Source: Candidatus Taylorbacteria bacterium RIFCSPHIGHO2_01_FULL_46_22b
GTDB lineage: Bacteria; Patescibacteriota; Minisyncoccia; Phycocordibacterales; DSPV01
Length of the DNA stretch: 64,000 nt
Assembly: GCA_001820875.1 (NCBI GenBank)
Contig: MHRF01000010.1
Span: 3,371 to 67,370, forward strand
Direction: 5' to 3'
The notes below the pieces were generated by a model that was given only the letters and a program-made list of their open reading frames with translations, had not been told where the DNA came from and made no database searches. This document shows, in pieces, positions 48,617-57,149 of this stretch (the stretch's first letter is position 1; every line of letters starts with the position of its first letter). Position numbers and translations under genes: made by a program.

Positions 48617-49627
48617 ATGGAAGGAGAAGTTCACAAAAGAAGCAACATTGAATGGTTCTTCTTGATTGCAATTGCAATTACTATTGATCTTGTGCAAATA
48701 GGACTTGATCTCCTTGTGGGAGTTGGCATAGTCATTAATCGATTTATTGATCTCATTGTTGGCCCAGCACTTTTTATGTACTGCGCCGTCACGCATATTA
48801 AATTAACTGTAGGTAGAACCGTAAGTATTCTCGGCACTATCGTCGGTGAGATGATTCCCGTTATTGATATCGCTCCATTTTGGACAGCTGATGTTATCTT
48901 CATTATGCTCTCGGTCAAAGCGGAAGAAGGAAACAAACTGGCAAAGGTTGGATTGCTTGCAACTGGCATCGCTGGAGCGGCAGCAGGAGGAGCATTCAAG
49001 GGAAGCAAAAAACCACCGTCAGGAGCGATGGTTGTCAGAAAGGGTGGCCCCAGCCCCCAAACAGCTTCCGGCTTTTCTCGATCTCAACCAAAAGTAAATA
49101 TCCCCAAAAGTAAAAACTGGCAGGCGGCGGGTTTTGAAACAGAGGAAAATGCGAACGAGTGGCACACCGCTCTGATGTCATCAGGTAATTCTCGAATTGT
49201 TCAATCCGAAAAGGCTCGGGCAACTATGGGGCGAATGTGGAAAGACGCTGGCTTTACCCCCGATCAAGCGCGTGAATATATCGCGCAGGGCGTTGTAAAT
49301 CCACAGGCAGCACGTGGGTACAATCTGCCAAGAAGGGCGGAGGTACAACCTCCTCCGATACCGCAGGGTCAGCGCGTGCCCCCGAAAATAAACACCGGAG
49401 GAAAACCGCCGGTAATTCCACCGCCAAAAATCAATGATACACGAAGACCTCCGGTCATTCCACCGCCCAGACTCACTGGAGAAGAACCTACAAAAACAGA
49501 GCGCTTACGCAACTATGCAAAGGAGAAATTGTACGAAAAGGGTAAACAAAAAGTCGAGGATGTAGAGGTGATCCGTGGAAATGCTCCTAGAAAGGAGGAG
49601 CAAGAAGAAGAGGTGGATAGTGCATAA
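48617..49627 (+). CDS. Hypothetical polytopic membrane protein with Pro-rich C-terminal repeats
   Basis: About 4 TM helices in the first 120 aa. C-terminal PPKINTGGKPPVIPPPKINDTRRPPVIPPPRL repeats. Confidence 0.5.
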   Translation: MEGEVHKRSNIEWFFLIAIAITIDLVQIGLDLLVGVGIVINRFIDLIVGPALFMYCAVTHIKLTVGRTVSILGTIVGEMIPVIDIAPFWTADVIFIMLSVKAEEGNKLAKVGLLATGIAGAAAGGAFKGSKKPPSGAMVVRKGGPSPQTASGFSRSQPKVNIPKSKNWQAAGFETEENANEWHTALMSSGNSRIVQSEKARATMGRMWKDAGFTPDQAREYIAQGVVNPQAARGYNLPRRAEVQPPPIPQGQRVPPKINTGGKPPVIPPPKINDTRRPPVIPPPRLTGEEPTKTERLRNYAKEKLYEKGKQKVEDVEVIRGNAPRKEEQEEEVDSA

Positions 49628-49660
49628 GTAAACACGGATGGCTATGGTAAAATAGAAACA

Positions 49661-50671
49661 ATGGTTTTGAAACACTTAGTGGGTAAAACTCTACTTGTTC
49701 TGGTGCTCACCGCACTGTGTTCAGTGAGCAGTACCAGCGCTCACGCACAACTCTTGGGTGGAAATGCTAACCCTTTGATACTAATCACCATACCAGCGTA
49801 CCCTCGCCCAAATTCAGATGTTACCGTTGAGGTACGGAGCACATCTGTTGAAATCGATGTATCAGATATTGGATGGCTCGAAGACGGCGAGCTATCAGAA
49901 AGTGGGCTAGGAAAAACCTCTCATCGCACCCATGTCGGCGACAAGGGAAGTTCGCAAACAGTTACCGCAATCGTACACACACCAGAAGGAAGAACCTATG
50001 AACAAACCATACTGATCCGGCCGCAATCAATCAGCCTCATTTGGGAATCTTCTTCAAGCGTGCCTCCTTTTTATCGAGGCAAAGCACTGTACACGAGCAC
50101 AAACCCACTCACCATAACTGCTATTCCAGAAATCTTTGATGAGTTGGGTGAGCCAATAAGCGCGTCTCAACTTTCATTTATATGGAAATTAAATAACAAA
50201 ACACTGTCAAACAAATCAGGGTACGGCAAAAGTTCTCTCTCGCTCACAGAACCGATTCTTCGGACACCAGCGACCATATCGGTGACCGTACAGAGTCGTG
50301 ACGGGCTTTCGGTCACTACAGGCTCACTCTCAATAGACCAATCACAGCCTTTGGTCCTAATCTACGAAAATAGTCCTTTATACGGAATTCTCTTTAACCA
50401 AGCAATCTTAAATACTTTTACGCTCCGTGGTACCGAGGCAGGAGTAGAAGCATTTCCATATTTTTTTAGCGGCATGCGCCAAAAATTGGGCTTCAGTTGG
50501 AATGTGAATGGAAGAGATATTGAGGGACTTTCAAGTTCCTATATCACTCTGCGAAATACAACAGGACAAAGTGGGACCGCAACTGCTTTTATATCAATCA
50601 CTAACCCATCAAGCTCCTTCGAAAGTGCGGGCAATGGTTTCAATATAAACATCACTCAACCTGAACAATGA
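49661..50671 (+). CDS. Hypothetical secreted protein
   Basis: 336 aa. Signal peptide LLVLVLTALCSVSSTSAHAQ. Overlaps the next gene by 4 nt. Confidence 0.5.
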   Translation: MVLKHLVGKTLLVLVLTALCSVSSTSAHAQLLGGNANPLILITIPAYPRPNSDVTVEVRSTSVEIDVSDIGWLEDGELSESGLGKTSHRTHVGDKGSSQTVTAIVHTPEGRTYEQTILIRPQSISLIWESSSSVPPFYRGKALYTSTNPLTITAIPEIFDELGEPISASQLSFIWKLNNKTLSNKSGYGKSSLSLTEPILRTPATISVTVQSRDGLSVTTGSLSIDQSQPLVLIYENSPLYGILFNQAILNTFTLRGTEAGVEAFPYFFSGMRQKLGFSWNVNGRDIEGLSSSYITLRNTTGQSGTATAFISITNPSSSFESAGNGFNINITQPEQ

Positions 50672-51060
50672 AATACGTAACCGCAGTTTATATTGTAGCC
50701 CTCTGTTGCACATTTTCTTTTGTAACCACCGTGCCACCGGCACAGGCAGAAGATGTAAATTATGTCCCGCTTGCTCCTATCGCCAATGTTAATCCTTCAG
50801 GAGCAACAAGTGTCAATGTTGGAAATTACATGACACAACTGTTCAAACTTGCAATCGGAATCGCCGCAGGTCTTGCAGTTATGCGAATTGCGTATGCTGG
50901 AATAAAATACATGCTTAGTGATGTGATCACCCAAAAATCAGATGCGGTGCAAATGATCAAGAACGCAGTCGGAGGGCTTCTGCTTGCCCTATGCGCATGG
51001 CTAATACTGTACACGATAGGAGGAGACAGCCTTACCAATCTTAACTTCAACAGTATATGA
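50668..51060 (+). CDS. Candidate VirB2/TrbC-like pilin-type small membrane protein
   Basis: 130 aa. Signal peptide (AVYIVALCCTFSFVTTVPPAQA), then two hydrophobic helices (LFKLAIGIAAGLAVMRIAYAGI; GGLLLALCAWLILYTIGG). Size and topology match conjugative pilins; no sequence-level proof. Confidence 0.4.
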   Translation: MKYVTAVYIVALCCTFSFVTTVPPAQAEDVNYVPLAPIANVNPSGATSVNVGNYMTQLFKLAIGIAAGLAVMRIAYAGIKYMLSDVITQKSDAVQMIKNAVGGLLLALCAWLILYTIGGDSLTNLNFNSI

Positions 51061-52310
51061 CGCGTAACCGAGCACTGATTATTATTGTGGGAGTAGTTGC
51101 ACTGGTACTGATTGCGCTTGCTATTTTTTATTTTTTCTTCAGAAATGCTGGTGCACCTTACGAACCAGCTCCTATTATTGACATAAATAACCCATCCCTC
51201 CCTATCAGCCAAAATGCGTCTAATACAAGTATGGGAGGAGGAAATACGGGAATTACGGAAGAAAACCAATTCCAAAATATCCCTCAAACTTTCCAACAAC
51301 TGCGCCTGCTCTCAAGTGTACCAGTCGCTGGTGCTACACTATTTGAGAAAAATGCGGATACGTTTGTACATTACATAGAGCGGGCAACGGGGCATATATA
51401 CGAAGTACAAGCTTCTCAAAAACAAACGCCTTACCGAATTTCCAACACTACTATACCTAAAATCTATGAGGCTTTTTGGACGCAAAACGGACGTGGCATT
51501 ATTGTCCGGTACTTGAAAGAGGGGAGTGACGATATACAAACGTTTTATGCCGGACTCAAAGCAAACACGTCGACATCGAGCGAACAAACTCTTGATGACG
51601 GCACTTTTCTTCCTAATAATATCAGCGACCTTACAGTTTCACCGGCGCAAGACAAAATTTTTTATCTCTCTCGAAATGGAACACAGACGGTAGGAATTCG
51701 ATCCAATCCTAACGGAACAAGTAAAAACCAGCCTTTCTCTTCTTCTGCTCATGAATGGCTTGTGTCTTGGCCAAGCGCGACAAATATCTCGCTGAACACG
51801 CGACCGTCTGCTGAAGTGTCTGGTTTCCTTTTTTTCCTCAATCCATCAACAGGCGGATTGCAAAAAATACTCTCGGGGGTGCAAGGACTTACTAGTCTCT
51901 CCAACAACAATGGGTCACTAGTTATTTACTCGGAAAGCAATGGAACAGGTGTTGCGCTTAAATTATTTGATGTGAAAAAAGGAACTGCAACAGACCTTGG
52001 GGTGCGCACACTCCCAGAAAAATGCGTCTGGAGCAAAAAAGTGAACACTACTTTATTCTGTGCGGTACCCGATTCTGTACCCAGCGGCGCATACCCTGAT
52101 TCGTGGTATCAAGGACAGATATCTTTTACTGATAATTTGTGGGCAATCGACACCAAGACAGGAACAACGAAAATTATTATGACCCCTCAAAGCATAGCTC
52201 AACAAATAATGGACATTGTTCAACCAGTGTTAAGTGAAAAAGAAAACTACATCCTTTTCACTAATAAAAAAGATTTAAACCTCTGGTTATTGAGTCTGTC
52301 CGATTTGTAA
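51057..52310 (+). CDS. Hypothetical membrane-anchored extracytoplasmic protein (last gene of T4SS-like operon)
   Basis: 417 aa. N-terminal TM anchor ALIIIVGVVALVLIALAIFYFFF. Ser/Thr/Asn-rich beta-rich domain. Confidence 0.5.
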   Translation: MTRNRALIIIVGVVALVLIALAIFYFFFRNAGAPYEPAPIIDINNPSLPISQNASNTSMGGGNTGITEENQFQNIPQTFQQLRLLSSVPVAGATLFEKNADTFVHYIERATGHIYEVQASQKQTPYRISNTTIPKIYEAFWTQNGRGIIVRYLKEGSDDIQTFYAGLKANTSTSSEQTLDDGTFLPNNISDLTVSPAQDKIFYLSRNGTQTVGIRSNPNGTSKNQPFSSSAHEWLVSWPSATNISLNTRPSAEVSGFLFFLNPSTGGLQKILSGVQGLTSLSNNNGSLVIYSESNGTGVALKLFDVKKGTATDLGVRTLPEKCVWSKKVNTTLFCAVPDSVPSGAYPDSWYQGQISFTDNLWAIDTKTGTTKIIMTPQSIAQQIMDIVQPVLSEKENYILFTNKKDLNLWLLSLSDL

Positions 52311-52321
52311 GTGAAAAATTG

Positions 52322-52822
52322 TTATAGGGAAGCACTTATATCTCCAACGTACTTGAGTACTATGCGGCGCTGGCTTCCAGTACCTTCTGAATGGGTTTCA
52401 ATATCAGGAACCCCTTCGAAGAAGGTGTGTATGATCATCCTCTCATAAGAAGACATCGGATCCATCTCAACAGTTGTTTTAAATGATCGAGCTCGTTCAG
52501 CGAGAATCTGCGCTTTGGTACGTATCTCACCAAGCAGTCGATCGTGATAATCATTTACATCAACGTAAAAATCGACAGGATTTGCATCAGTTGAGACTGC
52601 ATTGAGCTTCTTGCCAACAATACGCTTTACCAAATGATTAATCGCTGAAATGTGGGCACCCCGTGTTCCTATAAGGATACTCGAATCAGAACTCTTAATA
52701 ACAAAAGCAAGTCGATCTCCTTGTTCAATCACAGTAATTTCCTGAAAAGGCACCCCCAAGCGATTGAGTAGTGTTTCTATAATTTGTCTTATGTGTGTCT
52801 GATGTTCCATATTATTTCCCAC
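52322..52822 (-). CDS. jag: Jag/KhpB-type KH + R3H RNA-binding protein
   Basis: 166 aa. KH-like region and R3H-like C-terminus (…GTGSQRRIVLKYV). Overlaps the yidC stop by 11 nt, the classic yidC-jag pair. Confidence 0.8.
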   Translation of the reverse strand: MGNNMEHQTHIRQIIETLLNRLGVPFQEITVIEQGDRLAFVIKSSDSSILIGTRGAHISAINHLVKRIVGKKLNAVSTDANPVDFYVDVNDYHDRLLGEIRTKAQILAERARSFKTTVEMDPMSSYERMIIHTFFEGVPDIETHSEGTGSQRRIVLKYVGDISASL

Positions 52823-53540
52823 TGCGAGCTTTAAATTGTTTTCGCACGAACCACTCCTGCACTATCGAGAAAACATTGTTTGTCGTCCAATAGAGGGCAA
52901 TAATACCTGACAGGTTGTAAACAATAAAGAAAGCCATGACGGGAAAGAGATATCTCATTTGTATACTCATTGACCGAGCGAGATTATCCTTAAGCGTTCC
53001 TGAACTTCCGGTTGATTTAGGTATAGGCATAGAAAACCGTATCTGAAAGTATTGGCTGATCGCGGTGAGAGCTGCCAACAGATAACTCTTCGCGGTGATA
53101 TCAAGAAGACCTAGAAACTGCATGTTTATTGCACTCGGAGCGTGCACAAAAGTATACAGTAGGCCATCATTAACCACGGGCAAGCCGCTCTTTAGAAAGA
53201 CGTGGTAAAGAGCAAAAATGATGGGAATTTGTATGAGGATCAACAAAAAACCTGAAAGGGGATTGAGTCCTTGAGTGCGGTAAAACTCCATAATTTTTGC
53301 AGCCTGTTGAGTTTTATCAGTAACCGTAGCCTTTATACGGTCAATATCCCCCTGCACATCCTTCAATTTCAGCTGGCTTTCTATAGAACGCCGCGAAAGA
53401 GGGTAGAGAATCAAACGAACAAGTATGGTGAATATAATGATAGCAATCCCAGCATCGTGCCCAGGAATACTGTTCATTAAAAAAATTAACCCATTGTATA
53501 GGGGTTGCGAAAACACCGTCGTAAAAAACCCTGGGTTCAT
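52812..53540 (-). CDS. yidC: Membrane protein insertase YidC (short, Gram-positive type)
   Basis: 242 aa. 5-TM YidC/Oxa1 core (…QPLYNGLIFLMNSIPGHDAGIAIIIFTILVRLILYPL…). Neighbours are rnpA and rpmH. Confidence 0.85.
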   Translation of the reverse strand: MNPGFFTTVFSQPLYNGLIFLMNSIPGHDAGIAIIIFTILVRLILYPLSRRSIESQLKLKDVQGDIDRIKATVTDKTQQAAKIMEFYRTQGLNPLSGFLLILIQIPIIFALYHVFLKSGLPVVNDGLLYTFVHAPSAINMQFLGLLDITAKSYLLAALTAISQYFQIRFSMPIPKSTGSSGTLKDNLARSMSIQMRYLFPVMAFFIVYNLSGIIALYWTTNNVFSIVQEWFVRKQFKARSGK

Positions 53541-53567
53541 AAGGTTATGGTAACGTACTCGGAGATG

Positions 53568-53903
53568 CTATTCAAGTTTGAGTCTCTTCATGGCTTCGGT
53601 GACAAGACCCACTACCAAAGGCTGTAATTTGATGTAAGAAGTGGGTGTCTCCTTGCGCAGGTATATAACACCCTCAAGTGTGGGGAGTGGGTGTATAGAG
53701 TGTAGGATCTCATATATCCGCCTCCGAAGAGTATTACGGGAAACAGCTAGGGGGGCTGCAACACTTGGAATGACTACAGAGAAACGGCCTCCAGCAGAGG
53801 ATCGAGAAAACCTCATAGATAGGCCATTATTAGTAACAACTAAGGAAGACCGTCGTACTATTTGAAAACGGCTCCGATCCAGACGCTTGGTGCGCCTAAG
53901 CAT
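53568..53903 (-). CDS. rnpA: Ribonuclease P protein component
   Basis: 111 aa. Basic N-terminus LRRTKRLDRSRFQIV..., RNR-like motif region. Sits downstream of rpmH. Confidence 0.85.
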   Translation of the reverse strand: MLRRTKRLDRSRFQIVRRSSLVVTNNGLSMRFSRSSAGGRFSVVIPSVAAPLAVSRNTLRRRIYEILHSIHPLPTLEGVIYLRKETPTSYIKLQPLVVGLVTEAMKRLKLE

Positions 53904-53905
53904 AC

Positions 53906-54037
53906 CTACAAAGCAAGCTTAGCTCGGCCAACTCTGCGGCGATTACGCAAAACTCTCCTTCCGTTAGAGGATTTAGTTCGAGTTAAGAATCCATGGGTTC
54001 TTGCTCGCTTTCTTTTCTTTGGTTGATAGGTTACAGA
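53906..54037 (-). CDS. rpmH: 50S ribosomal protein L34
   Basis: Start at the internal [44 protein letters not shown], the canonical L34 sequence. The longer track ORF is an upstream extension. Confidence 0.9.
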   Translation of the reverse strand, partial: SVTYQPKKRKRARTHGFLTRTKSSNGRRVLRNRRRVGRAKLAL

Positions 54038-54202
54038 CATAAAAAGGAGTATAGCAAAAAAATAACCTTTGGCAACCATATCCTGTTTTTCCACTAAAAA
54101 ACACTATCCACATACTATAAACAACTTACGAACACATTCATTGTTGTTAGACAAGTTTGCTAACTATCCAAGCAGTATATAATGGTGCAACAAAACTAAT
54201 TT

Positions 54203-55570
54203 ATGCCCCCAATTATAGAAAACAAAAAACTGTGGGAAGGTGTCTTAGCTGAAATGGAATTAAGTGTCTCTAGAGCAAATTTCTCTACTTGGTTCAAAGA
54301 CACTCATGTGGTCAAACAACAAGACGGCGTTGTATATATAGGAGTCCCTAATACCTTTGTAAAGGACTGGCTGGCTAACAAATACCATAAGTCTATTTTA
54401 AGAATTCTGCGTAACTTCGGAGACTATATCCGAGGAATCGAATATCTCATCTCCACTGATGGAAGAAGTGTCAAAACAGGGAGAACCGAGGGAATTCTTG
54501 CGGGCGAACTTCCTCAAATGAACAAGGAATTACCGTTGCAAGAATATTACATAGATAGGGAGGATAATCTCAATCCTCGTTATACATTTGATTCGTTGAT
54601 CATTGGACCATTTAATGAGCTTGCCCATGCGGCCGCACAAGCAATTATTAAAAAACCGGGGTCTGTATATAACCCTCTCTTTGTCTATGGAGGTACAGGG
54701 CACGGAAAAACACACCTCATCCAGTCAGTAGGAAATCATATTAAAAATGCTTACCCAGATAAAAAGGTATATTACACGAGTTCAGAACGCTTCACTTCGG
54801 ATTTGGTTAGTTCCATACAAACACAGAAAGTCAGTCAGTTCAAAGAAAAGTACCGTAGGTATGATGTGTTTATCATGGATGATATACAGTTTTTGTCTAA
54901 TAAAGAAAAAACTCAAGAAGAGTTGTTTCATTTGTTTAACAACCTCTATGAAAACAATAAACAAATTGTTTTCTCCTCTGATAAACACCCTAACTTTATC
55001 CCTAACCTTGAAGAACGCTTGAAATCAAGGTTTTCTGCCGGAATGTTGGTTGACATACCTCAACCTGATCATGAGTCTCGACAAGCCATTATCCGAACAA
55101 AACTCGCACAACAAAATTATAATTCAGAAGCAGGGGTAATCGAGTACATCGCAACAAGTCTTGATGGAAACATCAGAGAGCTTGAAGGTATTATCAATAC
55201 CATTGTCTGCCAAGCCCAATTGAAAGGGAGGGAGTTGGGTCTTCTTGAAATTAAAAACCTTCTTAAAAATTCAAGTAAACCGAAGAAAAACATCTCAACA
55301 CAGGATTTGGTAAAACTAGTCGCGAATTTCTACAACATTGAAGAAGCCAGTGTGTATGAGAAAACTCGCCGAAAGGAGGTTGTGCGCCCACGACAACTTA
55401 TTATGTACCTTCTGCGGGAAGATTTTAATATCTCTTTTCCTTCTATTGGGCAAAAACTGGGGGGTAGAGACCACACCACAGTTATTCACTCTTGTGAAAA
55501 AATAAAAGGTGAATTAAAAACCAACCCAACCCTTTCCCAAGAGATCAACCAACTTCGAGCAATGATATAA
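54203..55570 (+). CDS. dnaA: Chromosomal replication initiator DnaA
   Basis: 455 aa. AAA+ Walker A GGTGHGKTHLIQSVGN, Walker B VFIMDDIQFL and C-terminal DNA-binding domain (…VRPRQLIMYLLRE…HTTVIHSCEKI). Confidence 0.93.
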   Translation: MPPIIENKKLWEGVLAEMELSVSRANFSTWFKDTHVVKQQDGVVYIGVPNTFVKDWLANKYHKSILRILRNFGDYIRGIEYLISTDGRSVKTGRTEGILAGELPQMNKELPLQEYYIDREDNLNPRYTFDSLIIGPFNELAHAAAQAIIKKPGSVYNPLFVYGGTGHGKTHLIQSVGNHIKNAYPDKKVYYTSSERFTSDLVSSIQTQKVSQFKEKYRRYDVFIMDDIQFLSNKEKTQEELFHLFNNLYENNKQIVFSSDKHPNFIPNLEERLKSRFSAGMLVDIPQPDHESRQAIIRTKLAQQNYNSEAGVIEYIATSLDGNIRELEGIINTIVCQAQLKGRELGLLEIKNLLKNSSKPKKNISTQDLVKLVANFYNIEEASVYEKTRRKEVVRPRQLIMYLLREDFNISFPSIGQKLGGRDHTTVIHSCEKIKGELKTNPTLSQEINQLRAMI

Positions 55571-55779
55571 CTTGTTAATAATATGTGAGTTGTTTGTGTG
55601 TATAAGAGTAAAATAAACAAAAATCCAAAAATACTCCACAGACAGTAAAGGGTTTTAAAAAATTATCCCCAATCTAACGTGAATTTTAATAACACAAAAA
55701 CGGCTTATTTTAAGGTTTTTTAAAACCTATACACATATCAACAGTTATAATCATAGTAATAATCTTTTAAATAAAAAAC
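55571..55779. promoter_or_regulatory. Putative oriC / DNA-unwinding region between dnaA and dnaN
   Basis: About 210-bp, strongly AT-rich spacer with near-consensus DnaA boxes (aattatcccca; tactccaca). Further box-like sites upstream of dnaA (ctatccaca at about 54105). Gene orientation switches strand here. Confidence 0.4.
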
Positions 55780-56880
55780 ATGAAAGTCGAGTGTGTAAAA
55801 ACAAAAATTTCTGGAGTGATTTCAAAAATTGAACGTATCGCTGGAAAAAATCAACATCTTCCGATATTGAATTGTTTTTTACTTGAAGCTATTGGTGGTG
55901 AACTTTCTGTTAGTGTTACAAATCTTGATTTAGGGGTAGTGGTAAAATTACCAGTTCGTGTGTCTGTTGAGGGTCGTGTGGCAGTCCCCGCTGTTGTTTT
56001 TGCAGGTGTTTTATCACAACTTCCTGAAGATAGTAATGTTGTTTTTGAACTTATAGACACTAATTTTGTTGTTTCAACCAAACACACAAAAACAAACATT
56101 AAAACCCTTCCTACTGATGATTTTCCAACAATACCAATATCAAAAGAAGGAGCTCGTGTGGTGTTGTTGGGAGCGGATTTAATAAAAGGACTTCAGTTGG
56201 TTGCGTATAGTTCAGCGACATCTTCAATGAAACCTGAACTGTCTAGTGTTGTGGTGCGAGGAGATCATAAAGATCTTGTTTTTGTTGCCACAGATTCTTT
56301 TCGTTTAGCTGAAAAAAAGATTCCAATGAAGAAGGGGGTTTTGTTTGATAATATCCTACTCCCTTTTAAAAATGTTGCCGATATAACAAAAATATTTGAG
56401 GGATATCGTGGGGAAATAGAACTCTCAATTCATAAAAACCAAATTGTTCTACTTGGGGGTGGTTTTTGTGTGGTTTCGAGAGTTGTTGAAGGTAACTTCC
56501 CAGATTATCAGCAGATTATCCCTAAAGGAGCAACAACAGAAGGAATTGTTTTAAAACAAGACTTGGTTTCTGCACTTAAACTGGCGAATATTTTTTCAGG
56601 AACTTTTCATGAAATTTCTTTTCATATTACACCGAATAAAAAACTATGTGAGTTGAGTTCTGAAAGTGGGCATGTGGGGAAAAATGTCATGCGGCTTGAT
56701 GCTGTGGTAAAGGGTGAGGAGATTTCAGTAAGTTTCAACCATCGGTATATTATGGATTGCTTCCAATCTATTTCAGGAGACAGCGTCTCTCTTAATTTTA
56801 ACGGACCACACAAACCACTCGTGATTCGGAGTGCGGGGGACAGTTCCTTCACTTACTTGGTGATGCCAATGAACAAATAA
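55780..56880 (+). CDS. dnaN: DNA polymerase III beta sliding clamp
   Basis: 366 aa. Three-domain clamp pattern. Conserved dnaA-dnaN synteny. C-terminal LVMPMN(K) motif. Confidence 0.9.
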   Translation: MKVECVKTKISGVISKIERIAGKNQHLPILNCFLLEAIGGELSVSVTNLDLGVVVKLPVRVSVEGRVAVPAVVFAGVLSQLPEDSNVVFELIDTNFVVSTKHTKTNIKTLPTDDFPTIPISKEGARVVLLGADLIKGLQLVAYSSATSSMKPELSSVVVRGDHKDLVFVATDSFRLAEKKIPMKKGVLFDNILLPFKNVADITKIFEGYRGEIELSIHKNQIVLLGGGFCVVSRVVEGNFPDYQQIIPKGATTEGIVLKQDLVSALKLANIFSGTFHEISFHITPNKKLCELSSESGHVGKNVMRLDAVVKGEEISVSFNHRYIMDCFQSISGDSVSLNFNGPHKPLVIRSAGDSSFTYLVMPMNK

Positions 56881-56882
56881 GT

Positions 56883-57146
56883 ATGGAGTGGAAAGACATA
56901 AATCCACTTTTAGAGCGGTTTAAAAAACTGTTGTCAGGATCAGTTGCGTCACGAGAAACGATCTCTCGTCTGGCTTCGGAGGTGCTTAATATACCCATAT
57001 CAATGTCGGCGGTCACTATAAAAAACACCGTGGCGATTTTTTCAGTACACCCCACGATAAAAGTCGAATTGCTCCTAAAAAAAGAGAAACTTCTCTCTTT
57101 GATACACAAAGAGGTTGGGAGTAAGGTGATCAGTGATATCCGTTAA
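56883..57146 (+). CDS. Small DUF721/DciA-like protein downstream of dnaN
   Basis: 87 aa. Position (immediately after dnaN) and size match DciA/DUF721. Sequence similarity is only loosely recognised by eye. Confidence 0.35.
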   Translation: MEWKDINPLLERFKKLLSGSVASRETISRLASEVLNIPISMSAVTIKNTVAIFSVHPTIKVELLLKKEKLLSLIHKEVGSKVISDIR

Positions 57147-57149
57147 ATA

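Noticed and set aside
56883-57146. Calling the 87-aa post-dnaN gene recF or yaaA
   Set aside because: Far too short for RecF and has no S4-domain motif. Only a tentative DciA/DUF721-like assignment is offered.
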